Source: Octopus sinensis (taxonomy: Eukaryota). From it: a stretch of DNA of 64,000 bases. The notes below the pieces were generated by a model. It made no database searches. It was not told the DNA's origin and was given only the letters and a program-made list of their open reading frames with translations. The position numbers were made by a program, and so were the translations under genes. The stretch lies in contig NC_043019.1 in NCBI RefSeq assembly GCF_006345805.1, forward strand, positions 6,943,360 to 7,007,359, in the 5' to 3' direction. The stretch's first letter is position 1; every line of letters starts with the position of its first letter. This document shows positions 49,440-61,678 of this stretch, in pieces.

Positions 49440-49688
49440 TTCTTTTATTCCTTTACTTGTCTCAGTCATTTCACTGTGGCCATGCTGGAGCACCACATTT
49501 TAGTCGAAGAATTCGACCATGAGCTTGGTGCTTTTCCTATCGCTCTCTTTTGCCGAACTCATAAATTACGGGGACGTAAATACACAAAAATGGGTTGTCA
49601 AGTGATAGCAGTTGTGATGGTAGTTGTGGTGGTTGTGGTGGTGGTGGGGTGATACCTAGACACAAAGACAACACCCATAAAGACATAC

Positions 49689-49735
<47 letters not shown>

Positions 49736-49865
49736 ATTACATATATATAATGAGCTTATTTCAGTTTCCGTCTACCAAATCCACTTAGAAATCATTTGGT
49801 CGGTTCGAGGCTATAGAAGAAAACACTTGCCGAGGGTGGGAAATAACCCGGAACCATGTGGTTGA
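49440..49865 (-). mobile_element. SINE family B with internal microsatellite expansion
   Basis: Reverse complement tail GGTGCTCCAGCATGGCCACAG at 49470-49495 and head CAACCACATGGTTCCGGG at 49847-49864. Confidence 0.88.
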
Positions 49866-49884
49866 GATAGATAGGCATAGAGAC

Positions 49885-49915
<31 letters not shown>

Positions 49916-49935
49916 GAAATAGATAGATAGATAGT

Positions 49936-49996
<61 letters not shown>

Positions 49997-50104
49997 GGAT
50001 GGATAGATAGATAGATAAATATATATATATATATATTTATATAGATAAATAGATAGATAGATATATAGATACATAGATAGATAGCTAAATATATATATAT
50101 ATAT

Positions 50105-51144
50105 CGACTGAAGAAGGGGATTTTTCGTTGTGCTTATTGTCCTGTATCTCTTTTTTTGCTTGTCTTGTTCCTTGGTTTGTGTCTATGTTTTTCGTCTCTC
50201 TATGTGTTCGACGTCTTTTTGGTGTCCTGTACACATATATGCGTGTATATGTACATGTAGAGGTAGGTACGTACATATATGTTTATATATATGCATATGT
50301 TCTATTTTATTAACATTATACGACTAAACGCACGCACCCTATTAAGTAAGATTGTTCTGTTTATCAAGTTAGCCTTGAATTAACTCTCACGCGACTCTGC
50401 ATCTTTCTTTCTTTCTCTCCCATTCCCTTTTTCGTCTTTTTTCCCTCACTTAACTTGTCTCTTCCTCTCTCTCTCCCCCTCACCGTTCTTCATGGTCTCC
50501 TCGCACCATTCCCCTTCTTCTCTCTCTTCCTCTTGCTCCTCCTCCCCCATTCCCGTCGTCCATCTGCGACGATACTTCCGTCGTAACTGCTATCCTGTCT
50601 TTTCTCGCCCGCCTTCTAAGGCTACTGGTCGACATTCTTTCTCTCTCGTCGTCCACTATAATCCAGCGTTTGCAATACTTTTTTCGTCTGGCGTTAACAG
50701 CCCTTCTTATCTTGTTCTCCTTGTCCTGTCTCTCACTGTTATATATTTATTTTTCCACTGTTTATATATATATTTTTTACTGTTTATATGTTTGTACTGT
50801 CGTTACCGTCTTGCTTTTTTTACCCCTCTGCGAAAAGATCTCAGAATTTTAATTGATTTGCTTTTCGCAGGAAGGAAGTTTTCTTCGAAGTATACGTCTC
50901 GCTTTTATCCTTCGAAACGTTAGTAGATGAAACCTTAGCGACTGAAGAAGGGGATTTTTCGTTGTGCTTATTGTCCTGTATCTCTTTTTTTGCTTGTCTT
51001 GTTCCTTGGTTTGTGTCTATGTTTTTCGTCTCTCTATGTGTTCGACGTCTTTTTGGTGTCCTGTACACATATATGCGTGTATATGTACATGTAGAGGTAG
51101 GTACGTACATATATGTTTATATATATGCATATTTCTATTTTATT

Positions 51145-51148
<4 letters not shown>
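50105..51148 (+). mobile_element. LTR-like unit with 210-bp direct repeats 834 bp apart and a hammerhead-like junction (retrozyme or Penelope pLTR-like)
   Basis: 50105-50315 is nearly identical to 50939-51148; flanked by TA-rich microsatellite; no convincing ORF. Confidence 0.8.
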
Positions 51149-51186
<38 letters not shown>

Positions 51187-51235
51187 ATATATATAATATT
51201 TATTTATATAAATAGATAGAAAGATAGATGGATGG

Positions 51236-51269
<34 letters not shown>

Positions 51270-52243
51270 TTATATTTATAGATAGATGGATAAAGAGATA
51301 GATAAAGAGATAGATAGAATGATAAAGATATAGATAGATAAAGATTTAGATAGATAGATAGATAGATAGATAGAGCGTATATCAACCAAATGATGACCAA
51401 CGTAAGAAATACCGGAGTTACATAATTGATATCAGCACAGTGATGTCATTTTAACCACGTTTCAAACTAAGAAATGTAATCATATATCATTGAATTTGCG
51501 GCTAACACCGACAAAAGCTTCTTGAAGCAACATGCCACTCACACTTTCATTTACCTTGCAATACAACTTCCTGTGATATAGTGTAATAATACTGTAATAC
51601 ATAATTTGATTTTATGTTCTGCTCAGCACTTGAGATACAACCTGTACACTTAAAATAACAAACTTGGTGGTGAATTTCCTATCGCCATCTTAAATCTGTC
51701 TAAACTGATAGATTCGCCTTAGATATCCAGTCGTATATTTCTCCATTTTACATCTGGGATACATATATGCTACTAAACTATCTATTGATTTCACACTTCG
51801 AGGGCAGCTGTTCTACTGTTCCCGGTAAGGAAATAACCTCTGGCTGCGTAAATGAAAGTCAGTTATGTTTAAACTTTATTGAATTACGACTGGTCTTGAT
51901 GCGATTATGGCAGTATTATGTTGAAGGAAATACAGATCTTACTTGTAACATTGTGAAATAAACCCGTCTTTCTAATACAATTTCGCTGACAAAACAACAC
52001 AAACCGAGGTGTGGAAATACATTAAATTAGAATTTATGCGAACGTGGGAAACGAATATGAGAATTAAAGAAAGTAACAACAACCAATAAAAGAACTCCGT
52101 CGTTGTAGCTTGATCTACTAGATACGATAGTCAACCGCTGTCAAATAACAACACAGGATCCTAAATGAAAGGAATATATTCTAACCTGTTACACTAAACA
52201 TCAGATTTATGATGCAGCTGCTGCCGCTGCCGCTACATTGATG

Positions 52244-52244
<1 letters not shown>

Positions 52245-52291
<47 letters not shown>

Positions 52292-52415
52292 ATAATAATA
52301 ATAATAATAATAATAATATTCAAAATAATAATAAAACAATAAGAAGAGTGCGACTGTTACCTTCGGGGAGAGAGTAGCATCAGTCCTTAAATATTATTAT
52401 TATTAATAATAATAA

Positions 52416-52468
<53 letters not shown>

Positions 52469-52469
52469 A

Positions 52470-52539
<70 letters not shown>

Positions 52540-52557
52540 AAGAAGAAGAAGAAGAAG
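52245..52557. repeat. Compound (ACT)n(AAT)n...(ATT)(AGT)n(AAG)n arrays
   Basis: Read directly from the sequence. Confidence 0.95.
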
Positions 52558-52730
52558 ACGAAGGCTGCAATATGGGTGGAGCATTTGCCGAAAACAGCAC
52601 TGCTTGGAACCGCTCGAATACTCCGGAAGGTGCTGGAAAAATAAGAGCTGTTACCTTAGTTCACTGGTAGAGAACGGCTGACACTGTAGTACATCTCCAG
52701 CGTTAGAAGTAGTGCAAAGGCAACAAATTA
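52556..52730 (+). mobile_element. 3' end of a second R4/Dong-like non-LTR retrotransposon
   Basis: KAAIWVEHLPKTALLGTARILRKVLEK* (stop 52642-44) matches the QKTALLGTARILRKVL-type R4-clade C-terminus; abuts (AAG)n. Confidence 0.78.
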
Positions 52731-53582
52731 GAGACGGTGACCATAGAGATCATAACACAGGCTGTAGAAAATTATGAGGAAGGCAGAAAAAAATGAAAGG
52801 CGAGTTCAGTATTAAGATAACCAGTCTGTGCCCCTTTCTGGTTATTTTTCTCCCTCTTAATTTTTCTGGTTGTTTCTCTCCTTAATTTTTCCCGTCTCAC
52901 TCGCTGGACTGTGACTGTAATTTTAGAATATCCAGGCTTGCAACTTTATATAACATTGCTTTTGTCTTGAGAATTACACGAAGTATTCACGTGTGTCGGT
53001 TTACTCAAAACTTATACAACTTTACTCCAAAAGAAGAAGTCTGTTCGCACAACTGAACGCTCATCGTTAAAATCGACGGAGCATCGTTCACTACGCTGTT
53101 GTTTATTTTGCATTTAAAATGACATGACATTTCTAATCAGCCGTTTTTGATTTCCATCTGTCATCGCTACTCAAAGAACTCCCCTAAATCTTGATCTCTT
53201 GAACTGCCTTAAAGTGGTTCCAAACGTCACATGATATGACTGATAACTCTCGATTTTTATCCAACACTATGTATATTAAGGACCCTCATTTTATGAACGT
53301 CTCGTGCATCTAAACGGAATTGTAAGTGGGACCATAATAGACGTCATTAGATAAGCATTTTGCTCAGTATTTCTAAGAGACGGAATATTCTAGGTGGCAA
53401 TCCAGTAAACGCGGAATATGGAAACGGAGAATCTTTCATACGATTGCTGTTGTTGTTGTTGTTGTGCAGAAATGGATATTGTTGAGGAGGAGAGTGAGGA
53501 TAATGAAGGTGGCGATACTGATAACAGTGACGAGATTAGGTTAAAAGGTTTAAGCCTGCCGTGAAAATATTGTGAGGAGATT

Positions 53583-53596
53583 TATACATACATACA

Positions 53597-53629
<33 letters not shown>

Positions 53630-53725
53630 GCATACATACATACATGCATACATACATACATACATGCATACATACATACATACATACATACATACATACA
53701 TACATACATAAATACATACATACAA
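53583..53725. repeat. (TACA)n microsatellite
   Basis: Read directly from the sequence. Confidence 0.97.
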
Positions 53726-53734
53726 TCGTATATA

Positions 53735-53945
53735 AATAATAATAATAATGAAATTATTGTATACAGTGCTCAGGTGCACCACAACTTGTCAGAAAGTGCA
53801 TATAAAGTACATGCAGTAATGTAGAAATGTCTGGAAAGCGAACAATGTATGAGTCAGATACATGCTTGTGTGTGTATGGAGGGGAGAAAATCAAGTGTAG
53901 TGTTGGCGAATCTCAGGAAGCATGGAAGTTTTGAAGGATGCAGTA
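53735..53945 (-). mobile_element. Short retroposon 3' fragment ending in an (ATT)n tail
   Basis: Minus strand ...GTTGTGGTGCACCTGAGCACTGTATACAATAATTTCATTATTATTATT; tail structure typical of LINE 3' ends. Confidence 0.5.
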
Positions 53946-54430
53946 TATATATATAGTGAGAACTTACAAAAGAAAAAAGAGACGAAGAGGGCTGTGTAAA
54001 TCAAAAAACAGATGTATTAGTTTAACGCTACGATCTTCGAAAGAAAGGAACACAAAAATAAACGGGAAGAGAAAATAATAATGGTTTAGTGGTTAGAGAT
54101 CTGCCATGGCGAACTCTTATTGCTGTTCTTATATGTGTATATATATATATATATATATTTATATATTTACATATTTTAGCAGAAATGAAGCAGAAGGGTT
54201 ATTAATAAAAATAAAAATAAATATTAATTCGGCGCAACGTAACCATATTAGGTGTCGGGGTTAAGGAACTCTGCAGTAACGACACACGTAAATGATATCA
54301 TTAAGAATGTGGTAATGATCTGCACAATTCGACCTTAAGCACTGACATATGTAAACCCCAGCAACACATACATTTACGAACGCGTATCACTTTGCATTTA
54401 TAAATGTCATGTGTGGGCGACTGCTTGTAG

Positions 54431-54492
<62 letters not shown>

Positions 54493-54494
<2 letters not shown>

Positions 54495-57400
54495 CCCGCA
54501 GGTGGGACTACCCACTATATACCAGACCACCACAGCAAACAGACACAGGATGGACACCGCCGGGCAACAACGTACACTCACCTCGATACTCCTACTGAAC
54601 ATCAGAGGACTGCAAACACTCAGTAACAGGACAAAGATCCCGTTCCTGAGAGACTTTGTTGCATGCAATCAAGCCTTATGCATAGCACTTACAGAAACGC
54701 ACCTGAAACCGGACATAGCAGATGCGGAGTTACACATACCACAGTATGCTGTACTACGGACCGACAGGAAAGAAAGGAGTCATGGAGGTGTTTGCTATGT
54801 ACATCCGTGAGGACCTCACACCCCAGGTCCTCTGTCATACTAAACTCGGTGTGTGACACACTAATTGTACATATCAGGCAATTGATGTAGTTGTGTGTGC
54901 TACATATCGCCCTCCAGATGCCCCAAGCCATGTGGGCAAGTTTGAAGACTGCCTTATAAAAATAGAAGAAATACTAACCACATTAGAAAACACATAGGTG
55001 TGCTTCTTATGGGAGACTTCAATCTGCCCAATGTCAGATGGCCCGAGGGCCTTTCTCTCCCAGGAATGACAAGATGTGAACGAGGACAGGCGCGAGGTCC
55101 CTCCTGAACCTCATCAACACCCTGTACATGGAGCAGGTGGTACTCCAACCAACCAGGGCAGGAAACACACTGGATCTCTGCTTCACAAATGACATGGATC
55201 TCATCCATAATGTGAAAGTGACACCGCACTACTCTCGGATCACAACATGATAGAGCTGACATGTACGGGCCAAAAGAGAGCACGGACATGCAGCTACAAA
55301 AACCCTCAAAATCTTTCCAGCTTGAACTACCATAAGGCAAACTGGAAACAAATTGAGAAAGAGATCCTCAAACAAAACTGGCCTAAATGTCTCTCCTCGC
55401 CAGACATCGACGTGAAACTTCAACAATTCATGTCTGTAATGCAAGCATATGCTACAAATGTGTCCAGAGAGAAAGGCCACTGTACACAAGAACGAATCCC
55501 CAGAGAGAGGAAAATTTTAATGAGACGGCGTACGAAATTTTCAAATCGCCTAAACAAACAGATTGAAAGCAGTGATGAAAAGTCCGCCTAAAAATAAAAC
55601 TGTTGGAAATCGAAAAATGTCTGCAACTCTCCCATGAAAAAGAAAGAGCAGACAGAGAAGCCTGGGCTATAGAAAACATAAAATCTAACCCCAGAGCTTT
55701 CTACAGGTATGCCAAAGAAACAGCTACAGTGCACTGTAGAATAGGGCCACTCCTCGAAAAGGATGGCACACTTACAGAAAACCAATGAGGGTAAGTGAAA
55801 TACTGAATGAGCAATTTCAAGAGTGTTTTCACTCCACCCCTTGGGCATCTCCAAATCACCAATCCAACTGACTTTTTAACACTGCAGAATAAAATCAGAG
55901 GCGGCGACGATAGATTACATCGATATAAAGGAAGAAGATGTAACCAAGGCTATAGATGAAATGAAAACAGACTCAGCTACTGGCCCCGATGGATTCCCGG
56001 CAATCCTCCTAAAAGCATGTAAGAGAGTCCTAGCAAGACCACTGCAGTTCCTCTTTCAGAGCTTCCTTGCGGCTGGCAAACTTCAGGAAAAACTGAAGGA
56101 AGGTAAAATATGCCCCATTCATAAAGGAGGTAGCAGAGCGGAAGCCAAGAACTATAGACCTATCTCTCTGACTCACACATCAGCAAGGTCATGGAACGAA
56201 TAGTCAGAAGGAAGCTGATCACCTTCCTTGATGAAGAGAATGACTTGCTGCCCGACACCCAACATGGTTTCCGACCAGGGAGAAGCTGTTTAACTCAGCT
56301 CCTACAACACTATGACTGGGTGCTGAACGGCTGCTCAACCACTCAAATGTGGAAGTGATATATCTCGACTTTGCAAAGGCCTTTGATAAAGTCGATCATG
56401 GAATGATATGTCACAAACTGCGTGATCTCAACATAGTTGGAAAACTGGGAGAATGGCTTCATGACTTTCTGAAGGATAGAAGTCAGGTGGTAGTAGCCAA
56501 TGGGGCCACCTCCATTAACACACAAATAGTGAGCGGTGTTCCGCAGGGCACTGTTCTGGGACCACTACTGTTCATAATGGCCCTCTCAGACATGCCCTCA
56601 GCCACGCAGAGAGCCACGATCACAAGTTATGCAGATGATACAAAAGTTTCACAGGCAATACAGAACCCTGAGGACACTAAACACCTGCAATGTGAGCTGG
56701 ACGAAATATACAAGTGGGCTGAAAAGAATAGCATGCAGTTCAATGCTGGAAAGTTTCAAGCTTTATACTATCAGCATGCAAAACTGAATGCAATACCCAA
56801 TGAATACACTGGACCTGGAGGGATTGCAATCCCAGAGGCACAATCAGTGCGTGACCTGGGTATTCACATGAGTGATGACGCGACCTTTCATGTACATGTT
56901 GCTAAACTGACACTGAAATGTAGACGGCTGGCTGGATGGATTCTTAGAACCTTTAGAACAAGAGAACAAGAAACCATGATGGTCCTCTGGAAGACACTTG
57001 TCCTAAGCCACTTTGACTATTGCTCTCAGCTATGGTCACCAACCAGTGTCAAGTTGATCACAGAACTTGAGGCGACCCAATGAAGCTACACAAAGAAGAT
57101 AGCCTCTATGCAGAATGTAAGCTACTGGGAAAGACTCAAGAGATTAAAATTATATTCCCTGGAGCGTAGGCGGGAAAGATATGCCATAATATACATCTGG
57201 AAGATCCTGGAGGGAAGTGTCCTGAACTTTGGCATCGAGAGTTACGCAAATGCCAGAACTGGGCGCCACTGCGTGGTGCCTAGGACTCCAAACCTGCCAT
57301 CAAGATGTAGGACAAGATTCTGTGATAGCCTGGGCTTCCGAGGCCCACAGCTCTTCAATATCCTCCCGAAGAACCTGAGAGACCTGCATGGGGTGGATAC

Positions 57401-57657
57401 AGATGTCTTTAAAATGAAGCTGGATCTCTTCCTGTCAGGTGTCCCAGATGAACCAACTTCACGGCAGGAGGGGCAGATGAGGGCAGCTGCATCGAACTCT
57501 CTCATGCACCAAATAGCAGTTGCTAGAAAGCCTCCATGAAGTGAAACCAAGTAGCAACACCAAATGTGAAACCAAGTAGCAACACCAAATGGCGGTGCCC
57601 CAGCATGGCCACAGCTCATAAGCTGAAACTAGAATCAATCAATCAATCAATCAATCA
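54493..57657 (+). mobile_element. 5'-truncated CR1-group LINE: APE endonuclease + reverse transcriptase ORF2 (disrupted), 3' (AATC)n tail
   Basis: APE motifs LNIRGL, LTETHL, MGDFNLP, TLDLCF, SDH; RT motifs GPDG, NYRPISL, QHGFRPGRSC, YLDFAKAFDKVDH, GVPQGTVLGPLLF, YADD; ORF2 approx. 54550-57539; (AATC)6 at 57633-57657; (TA)n on both sides. Confidence 0.97.
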
Positions 57658-57717
57658 TATATAGTATATATGTTATATATAAACATAAACAATGTTCAAC
57701 ATATATTTATAAATATT

Positions 57718-57758
<41 letters not shown>

Positions 57759-57762
57759 TTTC

Positions 57763-57809
<47 letters not shown>

Positions 57810-57888
57810 GTGTGTGTGTGTGTATATATGTATATATATACATAAACAATGTATTCAATATATATTTATATATATTTATATACATGTA

Positions 57889-57951
<63 letters not shown>

Positions 57952-58043
57952 CGTATATATATATACAGATACATATGCATGCATACAAACATATATATTT
58001 ACATATATATACGTGTGTATATATAATATATATGTATATATAT

Positions 58044-58085
<42 letters not shown>

Positions 58086-58467
58086 TATGCATACTTACAA
58101 ACATATTACATTTATATACATAGTACGTACATACATATATATACATATATACATATATATACATATATATATATACATAGTACGTACATACATATATACA
58201 TACATACATACATATACATATACAGAGTGAGCGGTTCGCGCACACGCGAGTGTTTGTGTGTAAGGTTGCAGCCAGCCAGTCAGGCACAGCGAAAGAAACA
58301 AAGTTTCAATACTCAACGGAGTAATTAGATTCAACGACGTGTGTTTGGTGTCATTTGATAAACGATTCGCTTCACTAAGACACAGGAAAGCTTTATAGCT
58401 CGGAGGTCTTCTGTACGATTTATCCTGGTCAAAGCTACTGCAGTATGTACACACGAACCCAGACACG

Positions 58468-58504
<37 letters not shown>

Positions 58505-58829
58505 TGAGAGAGTGAGAGAGAAAGAAAGAGAGAGAGCTAGATTGCTAGATAGATAGAGATATGCATATATACACACATACATATACAGAGATAAAAGGAT
58601 ATACTAGTATTTGTCTCACTTTTTCTCTCACTTTTAATTTATGTATTGTGTGTGAGTGTGTGTGTATGTTTGTGTGCGTGTGTGTGTGTACGTACATATA
58701 CATAACAGTATACACATCAGTAAGGTGACTAAAGGTTAAGGGTACAAATAAGCACAAGCATTGCTAGAAATAAGAGTCAGAGAAACTCTTAGCTACGGGG
58801 AAGTACTTATCTAATAATTGACATGGGAG

Positions 58830-59240
58830 ATAAGCTCTCAAATTCCTCCAGTATTAATCAGTATAACTGACAATGGGGCTGCTCAAATCATCTCGGCTGC
58901 TTGCCTTCATCTTGGCCCCATTTGGGCCAATTCCGAACCCTATCATCTCATCTCGGCAATTTTGCTCCTTTTGGAATCCACTTTAACATAATAACATGTC
59001 TCTCCTACTGTAATAGAAGAACATGGCTATTTAAAGGAACCACCCACTATGTCGCCATGTCCAGCAATCATCCCGTACCAGGTCTTCTTATCAAAGTGCT
59101 GTTTTCACTATGTCCTGGTAACAGATACCCAGGATGGAGAGTAGACACCGTCCACAGTAAACGTCCGGCAATTGAGAGGTTTTCGCTATCATCTTCGTTA
59201 AGTTCACCGTCATCCATCCACTGCAGGAATCTCCAGTTAG
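58830..59240 (-). mobile_element. Degenerate RTE-clade LINE, RT C-terminal fragment
   Basis: GWMTVNLTKMIAKTSQLPDVYCGRCLLSILGICYQDIVKT resembles RTE ETWTLT...RCLRRILGI.WQD.V; followed by LKWIPKG. Confidence 0.7.
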
Positions 59241-59689
59241 AAAACTTTTTGAAACATGTGTATTACAAATAATTATTGTAACGTTCATGTATATCCTAGC
59301 TTCTTTAATGTCAAACACACTTTTGTATAACGAAAATTTGACTTTTCTATTGATTTATGTTGTAAAAAATATATATATATATAAAATTTAGCTTATTTCC
59401 TTTCATATTTAGCACGTACCATGTTTTGATACAACTATAAAATCTCTAATTGCACGTTTTAATCTCCATTACTTTCGTTTCTTTTTTATTCAATAAAATA
59501 GTTTTAAATTATGAAATGTGAGATACTATGGACGTATTTTCTCGGTCAACTTTCTTAATTGTGAACTTCGCTCGCGGTGAATTGATGGCGGTGAACTCAC
59601 GTGTAATTTATCTCTATCTTTTTCCAGGTTTGACAGGTGAAGATGACTGTTGGTATAGCAACAAATGAGTACCGCTTTAATTTCTTCAT

Positions 59690-59900
59690 AATAGTTGTCG
59701 ATCTCCGTATTGCACAGAGGCGCCGGAATACTGATATTTAATTACTATCTTACTCCTCATTTCTACTTGTCTATCACAGTCTTTGGTAAAAGAATTTCCG
59801 AGATACGTAAACATATTGCCGTACTCCATCTCATCTTGTCCGAGATTGAGTCGTTCCTGCGCGCCACAATTGACATGTCTTCGTTTTATAAGCTTTGGTT
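59690..59900 (-). mobile_element. Degenerate RTE-clade LINE RT fragment
   Basis: LNLGQDEMEYGNMFTYLGNSFTKDCDRQVEMRSKI matches the RT domain 7 pattern FxYLGS.I...G....EI..RI. Confidence 0.72.
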
Positions 59901-60303
59901 GCACACACACACACACACACACACAAAGAGAAACACACATAAATATACATACACATAGATAGACGCACACATAAACACACATTTTGACGCGCTCAAGCTG
60001 CCATAGGAATTGCCGTTCCAATATCCGTAAACGTGAAGCTTATATTCATAAAACGTATTCATTAAGGCGGCTTCTGTAAATACTCGGGCTATGACCTTTG
60101 CCTTGTAGAGTTAACAGGAAGTGAAAAGAAGTTATTAATATATAAAATATTTCTTTACATAAGCATCCATGATAAATAGCAATTCAAATGCAATACAACC
60201 CTGGGAATAATCAAAACATATATTCATAATTTCATACGGTTAAGTGTTTACACACGTAATGAAATATCTAAATATCAATATCTTATTTCCTGCACACATC
60301 ATA

Positions 60304-60304
<1 letters not shown>

Positions 60305-60388
<84 letters not shown>

Positions 60389-60409
60389 GTCTATCTATCT
60401 ATCTGTCTG

Positions 60410-60441
<32 letters not shown>

Positions 60442-60477
60442 CCTATCTATCTATCTATCTATCTATCTATCTGTCTG

Positions 60478-60538
<61 letters not shown>

Positions 60539-60539
60539 A

Positions 60540-60577
<38 letters not shown>

Positions 60578-60635
60578 TCTATCTGTCTATCTATCTGTCT
60601 ATCTATATGTCTCTATCTATCTATCTATCTATCTA
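60305..60635. repeat. (TATC)n/(TGTC)n microsatellite
   Basis: Read directly from the sequence. Confidence 0.97.
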
Positions 60636-60827
60636 TACACACACATTTATGCATATATATATATATATACGTACATACGCACACATACATATATATACAT
60701 ACACACACACACATATATATATGTATGTATAAGTATATATGTATATATATACATATATCTTTATTTATTTGTGTGTATAAATTTGTATTTATATACATAT
60801 ATATATGTATATATATATGCACATATA

Positions 60828-61678
60828 CGAGGTCAAATCAATAAGTATCTGGACTGTTGCCATCGTAACGAAGTTAAAGAATGCATGATAAACCCGCTTG
60901 GCAAAAAATTGACTTTGAACTTTGTTGTTCATGCGAACTAAGTTGTAACGTTCGCTTCAGCTGTTTACAACAGTGCTTGGAAGATAGGTGTACGGCGTTT
61001 GGTTGTGGCATTGAACCTGACAGAGAAAATTGTCCGGGAATTACCTGCTCAGAGGCCGACACAGAGTTGCAGAAAGAGTATGGAGAGGAGTGTATGAACC
61101 GCACGCAAGTGTACGAGTCGTTCAGACGTTTCCATGGTAGCCGAAAAATGTCGATAGTGACGAACGTTCTGGGAGACCCGCAACCAGCTGAACAGTAAAA
61201 ACATCACACATGTGTGTGCAGCTTTGGGGGGGGGGATGTCGAATCACCATCCGTGAGCTATCAGAAGATGAGCAGATTAGTTACGGTTCAGTTCGGTGCA
61301 TTATCATTCAAGATTTAAGTATGAGACGCGTGTCTGTCAAGTTTGTGCCAAAATCGATTTCATCTGGCCAGAAAAACACTCTGTTTCCTTGATTGTGTCG
61401 AGAATGATAAAAACGGTTGGAAAACTTTGCGTAGGCCTCTGAGCAGGAATTTTGTTAAAATTTGATGTAGATTCTCTGTCCTGGTCAATGCGATGATCAC
61501 ACACTACACACCTTCCTTCCAAGCGTTGCTGAAAACAGCGGAAGTGAGCTACAAATGTTAATACTTTATGCGCATGCATAGCATTTCTTTATGTCAGTCT
61601 ATCCACAGTGGCTTCACTCAGTGTGATTCAGTTTCGTTACTATGGCTACAGTCCGCATACTTGTTGATCACACCAGTT
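60828..61678 (+). mobile_element. Internally deleted mariner (Tc1/mariner) transposon with both TIRs
   Basis: Left TA|CGAGGTCAAATCAATAAGTATCTGGACTGT, right ACAGTCCGCATACTTGTTGATCACACCAGT|TA; transposase fragments LQKEYGEECMNRTQVYESFRRF and RITIRELSEDEQISYGSVRCIIIQDLSMRRVSVKFVPK. Confidence 0.92.

Noticed and set aside
50492-50923. 143-aa ORF inside the direct-repeat unit
   Set aside because: Derived from pyrimidine-rich low-complexity sequence; no RT, GIY-YIG or gag motifs recognised
59075-59225. Minus-strand exon-like frame WMDDGELNEDDSENLSIAG...
   Set aside because: The overlapping frame matches RTE reverse transcriptase, which explains the segment
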